A stretch of 64,000 nt of DNA from NCBI GenBank assembly GCA_947630015.1, contig CANRFY010000006.1, positions 13,481 through 77,480 of the forward strand. The letters run 5' to 3'. The stretch comes from an uncultured Clostridia bacterium. Its GTDB lineage: Bacteria > Bacillota > Clostridia > Oscillospirales > CAG-272. A model generated the notes under the pieces. The model saw only the letters and a program-made list of their open reading frames with translations, was not told the DNA's origin and did no database searches. Both the position numbers and the translations under genes were made by a program. Position 1 is the stretch's first letter. The number at the start of each line of letters is the position of its first letter. Below are positions 54,537 through 64,000 of the stretch, piece by piece.

Positions 54537-54902
54537 ATGCGCAGCTCCGACGGACCTTTTTCGGCTGATCCCGCCATCGAAAAAAGACTTGTGGCGCTGG
54601 GCGTCGCTGAATACGTCGGTCCGCCTGTTGCAACGCCGCCAAACGGCGGCGAAGGCAACGAGCAGGGGGACAACACGTCTGACAGCGAAAAAGCTCCTGA
54701 CGGCGAAGGAGACGCGCCCTCGTACGACAAGGACTCTACCATAGAGGAACTGCGTGCCATCGCAGATGTGTACTGCATTAAGCTCAGAAAAAATATGCCG
54801 AAGTCACAGATCATCGCAGCGCTTGACAAATTCTTTTCGGAGACGGGCGCCGATGGTTCTGACGACGAAGATCTGAAGCTTGAGGCGGAGTCGCCGGTGT
54901 GA
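54537..54902 (+). CDS. hypothetical virion-module protein
   Basis: GGAGG RBS upstream of the ATG at 54537; acidic. Confidence 0.45.
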   Translation: MRSSDGPFSADPAIEKRLVALGVAEYVGPPVATPPNGGEGNEQGDNTSDSEKAPDGEGDAPSYDKDSTIEELRAIADVYCIKLRKNMPKSQIIAALDKFFSETGADGSDDEDLKLEAESPV

Positions 54903-55270
54903 TGGGATTCAAAGATATGGTTGAGGAAGACAATAAGCGGGTATTCCTCAATCAATCAGAATTCGCGGACATCCACACGGTCAAATATGACGGCGACACA
55001 TACGCCGATATCCCGGTCCTGCTTATTAAAGCGAAAGAGCTCAAACGCCCCGTCACTATAACCGATCATATGCAGGGCGTGCATCTCGTCACCGTCACAG
55101 CGTATATGGCGCGGCGCGATCTGAACGGCGTTATCCCGGAACAGAAGCGGCGCATAAGTATCGACGACGGTGAAGCTCTCGGGGAAACATTTTTCCGGGA
55201 CTACCGCATAGTCACATCTGACTGTGAGAACGGCATGATAACGCTCGAATTGGAGGCGCATGACGAATGA
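54902..55270 (+). CDS. head-tail connector-type protein (putative)
   Basis: Assigned by position only. Confidence 0.45.
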   Translation: MGFKDMVEEDNKRVFLNQSEFADIHTVKYDGDTYADIPVLLIKAKELKRPVTITDHMQGVHLVTVTAYMARRDLNGVIPEQKRRISIDDGEALGETFFRDYRIVTSDCENGMITLELEAHDE

Positions 55271-55872
55271 ACGACATTTATTCCGGCGACCAAAAAGGAC
55301 TCGACGTATTTTTGATTGACGATGTGGGCGACGGCTCGATAGACAAAGCGACAAAAATGCTTGCAGGCATATCTCGCGGAGTAGAAAAAGCCGTCGGCTC
55401 GGCTATAAAACGTGCGGCTACGAGCGGTGAAGCGTTCGCCGCCCGCGCCGTGCGCGACGAATATTACGTAAACGCATCGGATTTCAAAGAATACACGAAA
55501 TCGTCGCGTCATATCATCACGGACAAAAGCGGGACGACCGTCGATATCGAATTCCACGGTCACCATATCCCTCTTTTGAAATTCGATACCCACATAGGGA
55601 AAGACGGGCACATAGTGGCCCGCGTAAAGCGTTCGTCTGTCCGCACGACTCTCGAAAAAGCGTTCGCGCAATCGGTCGGCGCACATACCGGCATATTCGA
55701 GCGCGAAGGAGATGAACGACTGCCGATACGTGAGCTGTTCGGACCGTCCACGCCTCAGATGATGTCTTACAACGACGATCTCGAGCAGGCGATAGGCGAT
55801 CATGTCAGAGAGACGTTCGATAAGCGTCTCGAACACGAAGTCAATGCAATTCTGAACGGGTGGAGGCGATAA
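55267..55872 (+). CDS. head-tail joining / tail completion protein (gpZ/HK97-gp10-like, putative)
   Basis: Position and size; ATGA overlap. Confidence 0.45.
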   Translation: MNDIYSGDQKGLDVFLIDDVGDGSIDKATKMLAGISRGVEKAVGSAIKRAATSGEAFAARAVRDEYYVNASDFKEYTKSSRHIITDKSGTTVDIEFHGHHIPLLKFDTHIGKDGHIVARVKRSSVRTTLEKAFAQSVGAHTGIFEREGDERLPIRELFGPSTPQMMSYNDDLEQAIGDHVRETFDKRLEHEVNAILNGWRR

Positions 55873-55873
55873 A

Positions 55874-56383
55874 GTGACGCGCAATAAACTGTTGGAAGAC
55901 CTCAAATTGTTTTGTATAGACTGTACTAAGCATCTTGAAATGCCTGAGTCTGTGCAGAAAGGCGACGAGGAACGTGTGAACAGACCGCCGGAAGTGTATA
56001 AAATGCGACTGCCGGACAGCTCCGCAGCGAAGAAATACGCGCCTTATATCATAATTCAGTTTGTAAACGGGGTCGATAAGCAGACGCACAAGCAACAGTC
56101 CGAATCAACGTCTTTGATCAGATTTATTTTCTGTGTGTACGACAAAAACGAAGAGGAAGGGTCCGCGATGCTCTTGAACGCAATGGACTGTGTGCGTATA
56201 GCGCTGTTAAAAAAAGTAGTCGTCGGCGATCAATTCGTGCTTGACACAGACCAGGGACTTGAAACGTTAATATATCCCGTCGGCATTGATACGGACACAG
56301 CGCCGTATTATGCGGGAGAGATGATCGGGACGTTCACGGGTCCGGCAATCGAAAGAGAGGTTTTACTTGACAAAATCTACTAA
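55874..56383 (+). CDS. hypothetical tail-completion-region protein
   Basis: GTG start with a GGAGG RBS. Confidence 0.45.
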   Translation: MTRNKLLEDLKLFCIDCTKHLEMPESVQKGDEERVNRPPEVYKMRLPDSSAAKKYAPYIIIQFVNGVDKQTHKQQSESTSLIRFIFCVYDKNEEEGSAMLLNAMDCVRIALLKKVVVGDQFVLDTDQGLETLIYPVGIDTDTAPYYAGEMIGTFTGPAIEREVLLDKIY

Positions 56384-56633
56384 AAAATCAGGCGCCGAGA
56401 ATATCGGCGTCTTTGTGTATCTCGGTCCGTCGATCCGCGGCGTTATCCAAAACGGCGCCATATTCCACGGTACCCGGGAGCAGATAGCGAATCAGCTGAG
56501 TGATGCGATAGAGAAGCGCCCGGCTATAAAGCGGCTCCTTGTGAGAGATACGGAAATCGCAGCAGTAAAAGCACAGTTAAACAGCAGCAAGGGAGCGCTT
56601 AGCATCGCATATAAGCGCTTGCTTGGCGACTGA
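56367..56633 (+). CDS. hypothetical protein
   Basis: TTG start, AGAGAGG RBS, 88 aa. Confidence 0.4.
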   Translation: MTKSTKKSGAENIGVFVYLGPSIRGVIQNGAIFHGTREQIANQLSDAIEKRPAIKRLLVRDTEIAAVKAQLNSSKGALSIAYKRLLGD

Positions 56634-56647
56634 GAGAGGAGAAAAGA

Positions 56648-58078
56648 ATGGCTACGCTTAATCATGGTATCAATACCTACAAGGACGATACCAATTTTTC
56701 AGTAGTAAAAACAGCCGCCGTGGGGATTCCCTTCTTTGTCGGCGCATGGCCGTGCCACAAGGGAGAGGGATATACCGGCAAGCCGCAGATCGCGTACAAC
56801 TTTTCAGAAGCTGAACAGTACGGCGGTTATAGCACGGAATGGCGCGACGGCGAAAAAAAGCCGAAGTGGGGTCTTTGCCAGGCAATGTATTCTCACTTCC
56901 GGCTGTTCGGAATGTCGCCCGCGATCTTTTACAACGTGTATGATCCGAGCAAGAACAAGAAATCGGTGACGGAAGAATCTGCGACGGCGGTAAATCATTT
57001 CATCAAGCTCAGCGGCGATGTGATCGACAACGGGCTGACGGTGAAAAGCGGTGTCGCAGAGCTGACACGCGAGACGGACTACGAAGCGTACTACGAGGAC
57101 GATCAATTCGTTATCGAATTGCTCCCGGACGGCGAGCATTACGGCGATTCCGAATTTACTCTGAGTTACGACATCGCGGACCTGTCCGACATCAGCACGG
57201 CGACGATAGAGGCAGCGATCGAGAAAGTCGAGGAATGCAAGGGCCGTTTCGGCATCGTTCCTGACCTGATATGCTGCCCCGGCTACAGTAAGTCGCCGTC
57301 CGTCGCTGCCGTGATGGCTGCAAAGGCACCGTCTATCAACGGCTTGTTCCGCGGCAAGGCTGTCGTAGACCTCGATTCGTCCTCTTCCGGCGCACGTACG
57401 TATCTTGATGTACTCACGTGGAAGAATCAGCACGGGTATACGGACGAAAACATGATAGTCGGCTGGCCGCTCGTGACCGTAGGCGACTACATTTTCGACG
57501 CGTCCGTGATCATCTGCGGACTTATCGCGCAGGTGGACCAGGGTAACGCCAGTGTGCCGTATGAATCTCCGTCCAACAAATCGCTCACGATCACAGGCTG
57601 CGTGAACGAGGACGGCGAAGAGGTAAACCTCTCGCCTCAGCAGGCGGACATGATCAGCTACAGCGCCGGCGTTGTAACGTTCATTAATTTCGACGGCTGG
57701 GTACTTTGGGGCAACTACACCGGATGCTGGCCGTCAAGCAGCGATGTTGCGGACTACTTCATCTGCACGAACAGAATGATGGACTACATCTGCAACACGT
57801 TCGTGAATTCGTACTGGAGCTATGTCGACAAGCCGCTTACGCGCGTTATGATAGACGCCATCGTAAACAGCTTCAATTCATGGCTCAACGGTCTCACACA
57901 CGACAACAAACTGTACGGCGGTGAGATACAGTATGTGCCCGAAAACAATCCCACCGCAAACCTTATCGGGGGCAAGCTCCGCCTTGACTGCAAGGTGGCG
58001 TCTCCCGTACCCGCACAGCAGATCGACATGCACGCCGAGTATGATGTTGATATGCTGACGGCAGCTCTCAACATTTAA
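56648..58078 (+). CDS. contractile tail sheath protein
   Basis: 476 aa; N-terminus MATLNHGINTYKDD...AVGIPFFVGAWP is typical of sheath proteins. Confidence 0.85.
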   Translation: MATLNHGINTYKDDTNFSVVKTAAVGIPFFVGAWPCHKGEGYTGKPQIAYNFSEAEQYGGYSTEWRDGEKKPKWGLCQAMYSHFRLFGMSPAIFYNVYDPSKNKKSVTEESATAVNHFIKLSGDVIDNGLTVKSGVAELTRETDYEAYYEDDQFVIELLPDGEHYGDSEFTLSYDIADLSDISTATIEAAIEKVEECKGRFGIVPDLICCPGYSKSPSVAAVMAAKAPSINGLFRGKAVVDLDSSSSGARTYLDVLTWKNQHGYTDENMIVGWPLVTVGDYIFDASVIICGLIAQVDQGNASVPYESPSNKSLTITGCVNEDGEEVNLSPQQADMISYSAGVVTFINFDGWVLWGNYTGCWPSSSDVADYFICTNRMMDYICNTFVNSYWSYVDKPLTRVMIDAIVNSFNSWLNGLTHDNKLYGGEIQYVPENNPTANLIGGKLRLDCKVASPVPAQQIDMHAEYDVDMLTAALNI

Positions 58079-58089
58079 GGAGGCTGAAC

Positions 58090-58602
58090 ATGAGAGTAGG
58101 AACAATAAACTTTTACGTATATGAGGACGGCGTCGACTATTACGGTCTTGCGAACGTGGCGCTCCCGTCGCTCACGTACAAGACGCTGACGGTCAACGGC
58201 GCCGGTATTCCCGGCGACATCGATTTCCCCGTTAAGGGGCAGCGAGACGCGGCGCAGATGACGATTACGTGGCTTGACGCCGAACGCGACGCATACAAGC
58301 TGTGCGAATATCGCTGTCATACGCTCGATCTCCGAGTGGCGCGTCAGGACTACGATTCAACGTCCGGCAAAATCAACGTCGTACCTCACAAGTACATCGT
58401 TGACGTTATGCCTATCACGGATAACGGCGGCACGATAGCGCCGTCGTCGCAGCAGGGCAAATCTGTCGTATGCACGGTACTGGCGATGAAGGAGTACATC
58501 AACGGCGAATGCGTGCGCGAATTCGACCCCGCTAATTTCCGCGATGTTGACGCGTCCGGAACTGACGTACTCGCAGACGTACGCGCAGCGCTCGGAAAGT
58601 AA
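58090..58602 (+). CDS. tail tube protein
   Basis: 170 aa, immediately after the sheath gene. Confidence 0.75.
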   Translation: MRVGTINFYVYEDGVDYYGLANVALPSLTYKTLTVNGAGIPGDIDFPVKGQRDAAQMTITWLDAERDAYKLCEYRCHTLDLRVARQDYDSTSGKINVVPHKYIVDVMPITDNGGTIAPSSQQGKSVVCTVLAMKEYINGECVREFDPANFRDVDASGTDVLADVRAALGK

Positions 58603-58663
58603 AAACATTGCAAAGCGCTCACAGATAATGTGAGCGCTTTGCTCATCATGACGGAGGAATGAA

Positions 58664-59023
58664 ATGAGCATCGAAGAAAAAGACACCGTTTTAGTCGAAG
58701 AAGGCGGCTTTCCCGCTGATAACGAATCTCTCGTGACCGTCGAATTCAAAGTACCCGTTAAGTACAACGGCAGCGAATATACCTCGCTGACGTTTGATTT
58801 TGAATCTCTGACCGCGAGAGACGACCTCGCCATCGAAAACGAGCTTGCAGCCATAGGCAAGGCTGCTCTCGTCCCTGCTATGTCGGGAGAATACATCATG
58901 CGTATGGCGGCGAGAGCGTGCACGCAGAAAGGCATCGGGTATGACCTTTTTGAGCAACTTTCGCTCAGAGATTTTACGAAGGTAAAGCGCGTGGCGAGAA
59001 ATTTTTTGCTTCAGTCCGAGTAA
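58664..59023 (+). CDS. tail assembly chaperone (G-like, 0-frame product)
   Basis: Lies between the tube and tape-measure genes and ends just after a slippery run. Confidence 0.65.
   Translation: MSIEEKDTVLVEEGGFPADNESLVTVEFKVPVKYNGSEYTSLTFDFESLTARDDLAIENELAAIGKAALVPAMSGEYIMRMAARACTQKGIGYDLFEQLSLRDFTKVKRVARNFLLQSE
59002..59008 (+). promoter_or_regulatory. candidate -1 programmed frameshift site (T TTT TTG)
   Basis: The heptamer is in the X_XXY_YYZ register of the 0 frame. The -1 frame stays open to the TAA at 59182-59184, just upstream of the tape-measure start. Confidence 0.55.
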
Positions 59024-59202
59024 CGGTCGGCAATGGCGGCGAATGGATACGGCGTACGTGCATGGTACTGTCTCAGAATACATATACGCCGATATCCTTT
59101 TGGCTGTCGATCCCTCTCCGTCAGCTTGGGGAATGGATAGAGACCAACAACGACCTGATAGCGGAAAAAAGAAGCCAACGTTAATCTTAAACGAGGTGCG
59201 CA

Positions 59203-62200
59203 ATGCCTAATCTATATGACATGACATTCCGGCTGAGCGCACAGCTCGGCCGCGAATTCAACACGACATTTTCCGCAGCGCAAAAGAAAATGTCGGAAAT
59301 GCAGAAAGATGTTGTCGCGCTGAATCGTCAGCAGTCTGACGTCACAGCATATCGCAAGCAGCAAGAAGCGATACAAAAGACCGAGCAGAAGATCGCAGAT
59401 TTGACCGCGATGTACAATAACGTGCAGCGCGAATTTGAAGAGACCGGCTCGAGCTCGTCCAACCTGCAAAACAAGATGATCGAGCTAAATCGTCAAATCG
59501 AAAACGCAAATCTGAAGCTTGGAGAGCAGACGGGCAAGCTGACAAGAAGCGGCGAATCTCTCAAAGCCGCCGGAGTCGACACGGACAAACTCGCTGATGA
59601 AGAAGCGCGCTTAAAAGCAGAGTCCGAAAAACTGCGTCAGGAAATGGGCGACCTGGCAGAACAGAACGCAGAAGCGGCCAAAGAAGCGGAAATATTCGGA
59701 GAAAAGGGCGCGACGGCATTTGAAGTGGTCGGAAACGCTCTGATCACTGCCGGCATCATAACCGGGCTCGGAAAGATATACGACGGCTACAAGGAATGCG
59801 TCAATATCGCAGCAGATTTCCAGGAAACCATGTCGACGGTCGAAGCGCTGTCCGGCGCGTCTGCCGAGGAAATGTCAAGTCTCGGCAGTATGGCGAAGGA
59901 GCTCGGTGCCACGACAAAATTTACGGCGACTGAATCCGCCGAGGCCATGACCTACATGGCGATGGCAGGATGGGACGCAGAACAGATGTTGTCCGGCATG
60001 GACGGCGTTATGCAGCTTGCAGCAGCGTCCGGCGAAGACCTTGCGATGGTATCTGACATCGTTACGGACAACCTCACGGCATTCGGACTGAAAGCGTCCG
60101 ATACGGCGCATTTCGCCGATATACTCGCCGCAGCTGCAACGTCGTCGAATACAAGCGTGTCGATCATGGGCGAGACGTTCAAAAACTCTGCGGCTCTCGC
60201 AGGCGCGCTCGGGTATAGCGTCGAAGATGTCGCCGTGGCAATCGGTCTTATGGCTAATGCGGGTATTAAGGGCAGCAACGCCGGTACCGCGCTTAAAAAC
60301 ATCTTTAACGGATTACTCGAAGGCGTCACTTTGACGTCCGAAGCATTCGGTGAAGTGGAGTATTCTGCTATCAACGCAGACGGTACGATGAAATCGTTCG
60401 GTGAAACGATAAACGATCTGCGTGGATATTTCGCTCAAATGACGGGCGCGGAGCAGCTTCACAACGCCGAGGCGATAGCCGGTCAGAGGGCGATGTCGGG
60501 ATTTGTGACCATACTCAATTCCACGCAGGCGGATTATGACGCGCTCACCGAGAGCATCAATAACTGTGCAGGCTCTGCACAGAAGATGGCGGATATAAAG
60601 CTTAACAACCTTAACGGTCAGGTGACGCTCATGAACTCTGCCGCCGATGCGCTCAAAACGACGATAGGCGAGGCGTTTATGCCGGAGCTTCAGGCGCTCG
60701 CAAAAGTGGGTACCGAGATACTTACCGACGTGCAGCAATTCGCCGAAGAAAATCCTACGCTCGTTAAAGGGCTGATCCTCATAACAGGAGAAATCGGCGC
60801 GCTCCTTATTGCCTACAAATCGTATCAGACGATCAAAGGCGCAATAAATACTCTGCATGCATTGAGCGCCACGCTCAAAGCAAAAGAAACCGCCGCGACA
60901 ATAGCACAGACAGCCGCAGTCGGAGCAGAAACCACCGCCACGACAGCGGCGACGGCCGCACAACACGGTCTTAATGCTGCGATGGCGGCTAATCCCATCG
61001 GTGCCGTTATAGTCGGCGTTACAGCACTCACGGCTCTTATTATAGGACTGACGGCGGCGACAAAAAAGGAAGTCGACGAATCCGAAAAGCTCACTGCCAC
61101 ATCACGAGCGCAATATAGCAGGATTCAGGAGCTTAACGCCGAGTACCGCGAAGCATGTGAGCTATACGGTGAGACATCGGAAGAGGCTCGTACTCTGCAC
61201 GGAGAGCTTGTACTGCTCGAGCAGGACTATGAATCTTCCAAGACGACGATGGAAGAATACAACAATCGCGTCGAAGAAACCATTGAATCGTACCGTAGCT
61301 TTGTTGATGAATACAATTCGAGCATTGAGGCAATCGACACGGAAAGCGATGTCACGCTTTCTCTTATATCGCGGCTCATGTCTCTTGAACAGCAGAGCGG
61401 CAAAACTGCTATTCAACAGAGCGAGATGAGCGCAATTGTCAGTCAGCTCAATAGTAGACTTCCTGATTTGAAGCTAAACTATGACGAAGTAACCGGTTCT
61501 TTGAATATGACTGCTGATGCTATCCGCGAAGTGGTGCAGGCAGAAATTGATCAAAAGAAGTATTACGAAACAGTAGAAGCAAAAGACGAAGCAGTTGAGC
61601 ACAGAGCTCGTCTCGAAAAGGAGCTTGCGGACGCTACCGAAGAAGCGACGGCAGCACAGGCAGAATATAACAAGTATGCTGAACAAACGGGACATTCACA
61701 AGCAGGTACGAGACAAGAATGGTGGCGCGCCATACTCTATACAATGGGGCTCTTAACAAAAGAAGATGCTGCCGCAGAAAAGAACTACCGCAATGCAAAT
61801 GCGCGATTGACAGAAGCTCAAAAGAGGGAAAAAGAGCTACGCACCGAGTACGAAAGCGCTGACAACGAAGTACAAGAATTGCTTTCGTTGATGGAAAAAT
61901 ACGAGCAGGCGCTCGGTATGTCAAATAGTGAGACGGAAGAAGCCGTCGAGATGACTGCTGACCTCAGTGATGCGCTCAATGTAGTCAGAGCGGGATATCT
62001 TGATGTGGACAAGGCGGCTGTTGCGTTTGGGATCGACCCGACAGTGCTGCAAGAAGCCGTTGACAGCGTGAACGAGTACGAAGAAAATCTAAACGCTGCT
62101 CTCGACGCTGTCGCCGACGGGTATTACACAGCGGAAGAAGCCGCCAAAGTATTCGGTGTGTCTGCTGAGTCGATCGAGGTAGCGGGCGAGATCGAAAATA

Positions 62201-63279
62201 TATCCTCTGCACTCGAAGATCTCGGCGAACGGTATCACGAAATAAAAGACGCTGCCGAACAAAGCATCAACGGGCAGTATGACCTTTGGGACACTGCCGC
62301 AGTCGTTATAACGACCAAAATCGAGGATATCAATACGGCTTTGGAGACCCAGCTCTCGTATTGGTCTGATTACAATACCGACCTCGCAGAATTGCTTGAA
62401 CGTGCTGACGATATAGAGGGTCTGCGCGACGTTATTGCGTCGTTCGCCGACGGTAGCACGGACAGCGTAAATGCAATAGCCGGTATGGCGGAGGCAAGCG
62501 ACGAGGACCTGCGCAAGATGGTCGAAAACTGGCAGGAAGTGCAGCGGCAACAGGAAGAAGCATCAAGCGCTATCGCAGAGCTTACAACCGGCTTCGCTTC
62601 TGAACTCGACGGAATGAGTCAGGAACTCGGTGCAGCTGTTGACGGCTTGAATCTTGACGATGAAGCTGCCGAAGCAGCGCAGGCTACTGTCGACGCTTAT
62701 GTGCAGGCAATAAGAGACGGAACGGACGATGCGGTATATCAGGCACAGAGACTTGCGAGCCTTGTGGCGGCGGCGCTCCAACAGAAAGAGCTAAGCGCAT
62801 ATGAATCTGACGGAGAAACGGTTGACGACACCGAAGCCGAGCAGGGACAGAGCAAAAAATACGCTACATACGGCGGTGGCGCTAACGGCTTACAGCGCGC
62901 TTCGCGTGTATATACAGCATACGCGTCCCAGTACGCGGTCGGGACAGACAACGCCTCGAGGGGCGTCGCTCTTGTCGGCGAACAGGGTCCGGAGCTTGTA
63001 GCATTTGACGGCGGCGAAACTGTATATACGGCGCAAGAGACACAGCGTATTTTGAGCGCGCTCCGCGTCAGCACTCCCGAAAGATATGAAGTCATGACGA
63101 GCGGAGAGGGCGGCGGCATATCAATTCAGATAGCGCCCCCGCATATCACCATTCAAGGCGGTCAAGGCGGCGAAGATATCGAAACGCAGCTGCGCAGATA
63201 TGCCGACGGTCTCGTTGAACAGGTGATGGACGCGCTTGACGACGCAGGCGTTGACGCTCGCAGAAGGGAGTACGCATGA
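59203..63279 (+). CDS. tape measure protein
   Basis: 1358 aa; coiled-coil-rich; Ala/Thr hydrophobic segment near aa 560-620. Confidence 0.9.
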   Translation: MPNLYDMTFRLSAQLGREFNTTFSAAQKKMSEMQKDVVALNRQQSDVTAYRKQQEAIQKTEQKIADLTAMYNNVQREFEETGSSSSNLQNKMIELNRQIENANLKLGEQTGKLTRSGESLKAAGVDTDKLADEEARLKAESEKLRQEMGDLAEQNAEAAKEAEIFGEKGATAFEVVGNALITAGIITGLGKIYDGYKECVNIAADFQETMSTVEALSGASAEEMSSLGSMAKELGATTKFTATESAEAMTYMAMAGWDAEQMLSGMDGVMQLAAASGEDLAMVSDIVTDNLTAFGLKASDTAHFADILAAAATSSNTSVSIMGETFKNSAALAGALGYSVEDVAVAIGLMANAGIKGSNAGTALKNIFNGLLEGVTLTSEAFGEVEYSAINADGTMKSFGETINDLRGYFAQMTGAEQLHNAEAIAGQRAMSGFVTILNSTQADYDALTESINNCAGSAQKMADIKLNNLNGQVTLMNSAADALKTTIGEAFMPELQALAKVGTEILTDVQQFAEENPTLVKGLILITGEIGALLIAYKSYQTIKGAINTLHALSATLKAKETAATIAQTAAVGAETTATTAATAAQHGLNAAMAANPIGAVIVGVTALTALIIGLTAATKKEVDESEKLTATSRAQYSRIQELNAEYREACELYGETSEEARTLHGELVLLEQDYESSKTTMEEYNNRVEETIESYRSFVDEYNSSIEAIDTESDVTLSLISRLMSLEQQSGKTAIQQSEMSAIVSQLNSRLPDLKLNYDEVTGSLNMTADAIREVVQAEIDQKKYYETVEAKDEAVEHRARLEKELADATEEATAAQAEYNKYAEQTGHSQAGTRQEWWRAILYTMGLLTKEDAAAEKNYRNANARLTEAQKREKELRTEYESADNEVQELLSLMEKYEQALGMSNSETEEAVEMTADLSDALNVVRAGYLDVDKAAVAFGIDPTVLQEAVDSVNEYEENLNAALDAVADGYYTAEEAAKVFGVSAESIEVAGEIENISSALEDLGERYHEIKDAAEQSINGQYDLWDTAAVVITTKIEDINTALETQLSYWSDYNTDLAELLERADDIEGLRDVIASFADGSTDSVNAIAGMAEASDEDLRKMVENWQEVQRQQEEASSAIAELTTGFASELDGMSQELGAAVDGLNLDDEAAEAAQATVDAYVQAIRDGTDDAVYQAQRLASLVAAALQQKELSAYESDGETVDDTEAEQGQSKKYATYGGGANGLQRASRVYTAYASQYAVGTDNASRGVALVGEQGPELVAFDGGETVYTAQETQRILSALRVSTPERYEVMTSGEGGGISIQIAPPHITIQGGQGGEDIETQLRRYADGLVEQVMDALDDAGVDARRREYA

Positions 63280-63491
63280 CGAAGGCATATTATACGGTGC
63301 AGGGCGACATGTGGGACAGCATAGCCTATAAACTCTACGGCGACACAAAACACACCGATACACTGATATGCGCGAATATGCAGCATCACCGCATACTTGT
63401 GTTTTCTGCCGGAATACGGCTTGACGTTCCCGACGTCGAACAGCGCCGCACGAACGACGACCTGCCGCCGTGGAAGAAGGTGAGCGGATGA
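63276..63491 (+). CDS. tail protein X (P2 gpX-like, LysM-like)
   Basis: YTVQGDMWDSIAYKLYGD...ANMQH...AGIRLDVP. Confidence 0.75.
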   Translation: MTKAYYTVQGDMWDSIAYKLYGDTKHTDTLICANMQHHRILVFSAGIRLDVPDVEQRRTNDDLPPWKKVSG

Positions 63492-64000
63492 GCGACATCA
63501 ATACGGCACGTAGGACCGACGCCGAGATAATAATATCGGGCGTAAACGTTACCGATTCGGTAAAAAAATATCTGATCTCGTTAACATATACGGATAACGA
63601 GGCGGACGAAACCGACGATTTGCAAATTCAGCTCGCCGACCGAGACAGCATATGGCTTGAAAAATGGCTGTCGCCCGTTATATCGGCAGCAGCGGCGACG
63701 AAAAGCCGGACAGAATCGGAAAAAGAACCGACACAGTACAAAGTCACCGCCAAATCCGGCGCATATGCGCGCAGCCGAGCAGGAACACAGTATTATGTCT
63801 ACGGCTCACTTGCGTACGGTACTATTATCACGGCGAAATCCGAATCGGGCGGCTGGGTCAACTTCACGTACTCCGGGAAGAACGCATACGTCCAGGCGTC
63901 GTGCTTGACGAAACTTAGCTCCGGCTCATCGTCGGCCGGCAGCGCGGACGGCAGCGCGACTAAGGGGCTGCGCATCGGAGCCGTTATCGTGCGTCAGAAT
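63488..64000 (+). CDS. P2 gpD-like late control/baseplate hub protein with SH3b-like insert (5' part; truncated by window end)
   Basis: Own translation: MSDINTARRTDAEIIISGVNVTDSVKKYLISLTYTDNEADETDDLQIQLADRD..., open to base 64000. The start overlaps the gpX stop. Confidence 0.7.
   Translation, partial: MSDINTARRTDAEIIISGVNVTDSVKKYLISLTYTDNEADETDDLQIQLADRDSIWLEKWLSPVISAAAATKSRTESEKEPTQYKVTAKSGAYARSRAGTQYYVYGSLAYGTIITAKSESGGWVNFTYSGKNAYVQASCLTKLSSGSSSAGSADGSATKGLRIGAVIVRQN

Larger units (their letters stand above)
21737..64000. mobile_element. integrated temperate prophage (partial; continues beyond the window)
   Basis: tRNA-fragment junction, integrase, cI/cro switch, replication, packaging, head and contractile-tail modules in canonical order. 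Confidence 0.9.

Noticed and set aside
21849-64000. Retron, DGR, toxin-antitoxin, CBASS or other named defence systems in the visible prophage
   Set aside because: No reverse transcriptase, cyclase, or recognisable toxin/antitoxin pair is seen in any frame. The tail-fibre region, where DGRs usually sit, lies beyond the window.

Overview
Visibly GC-rich, Firmicutes/Clostridia-style DNA (GGAGG ribosome-binding sites, lipobox lipoproteins, short hisG plus hisZ). Positions 1-21.7 kb are ordinary chromosome. They carry an HTH-cupin::acyl-CoA synthetase fusion, mscS, an AIM24-like gene, pgsA, a Xer-like recombinase, two tandem paralogous orphan lipoprotein solute-binding genes and typA. They also carry a complete minus-strand histidine operon (yerC/hisR-like regulator, hisZGDCBHAF-IE, PHP-type histidinol phosphatase). 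Intergenic spaces hold an interspersed hairpin-repeat family, a 0.9-kb ORF-free block bounded by perfect 46-nt inverted repeats, and a 161-bp tandem array. At 21737-21779 a 3' half of a tRNA-Thr(CGU) gene marks one junction of a temperate prophage, which runs off the right edge (about 42 kb visible). The prophage order is: integrase, AT-rich lipoprotein moron, cI/cro switch, recombination/replication module (Sak4-like ATPase, PD-(D/E)XK, NinB-like, SSB, replisome organizer with internal iterons, RusA), ParB + orphan N6-adenine methyltransferase, an ASCH / PAPS-reductase-like / degenerate radical-SAM trio, late activator, lambda-like packaging and head genes (Nu1-like terS, GpA terL, W, portal, protease, decoration, gpE-like capsid), then a contractile tail (sheath, tube, frameshifted chaperone, 1358-aa tape measure, gpX, gpD-like). 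The most unusual part is 41.3-47.1 kb. There a structured leader, a sodium:solute-symporter-like transporter and two PP-loop (DndC/IbrA-like) + ParB-fold (DndB/IbrB-like) pairs are translationally coupled directly upstream of cos/terS. This cassette is bracketed by two degenerate tRNA-like RNA modules whose acceptor stems differ by one compensatory base pair. All functional calls rest on motif recognition by eye; no database search was run.
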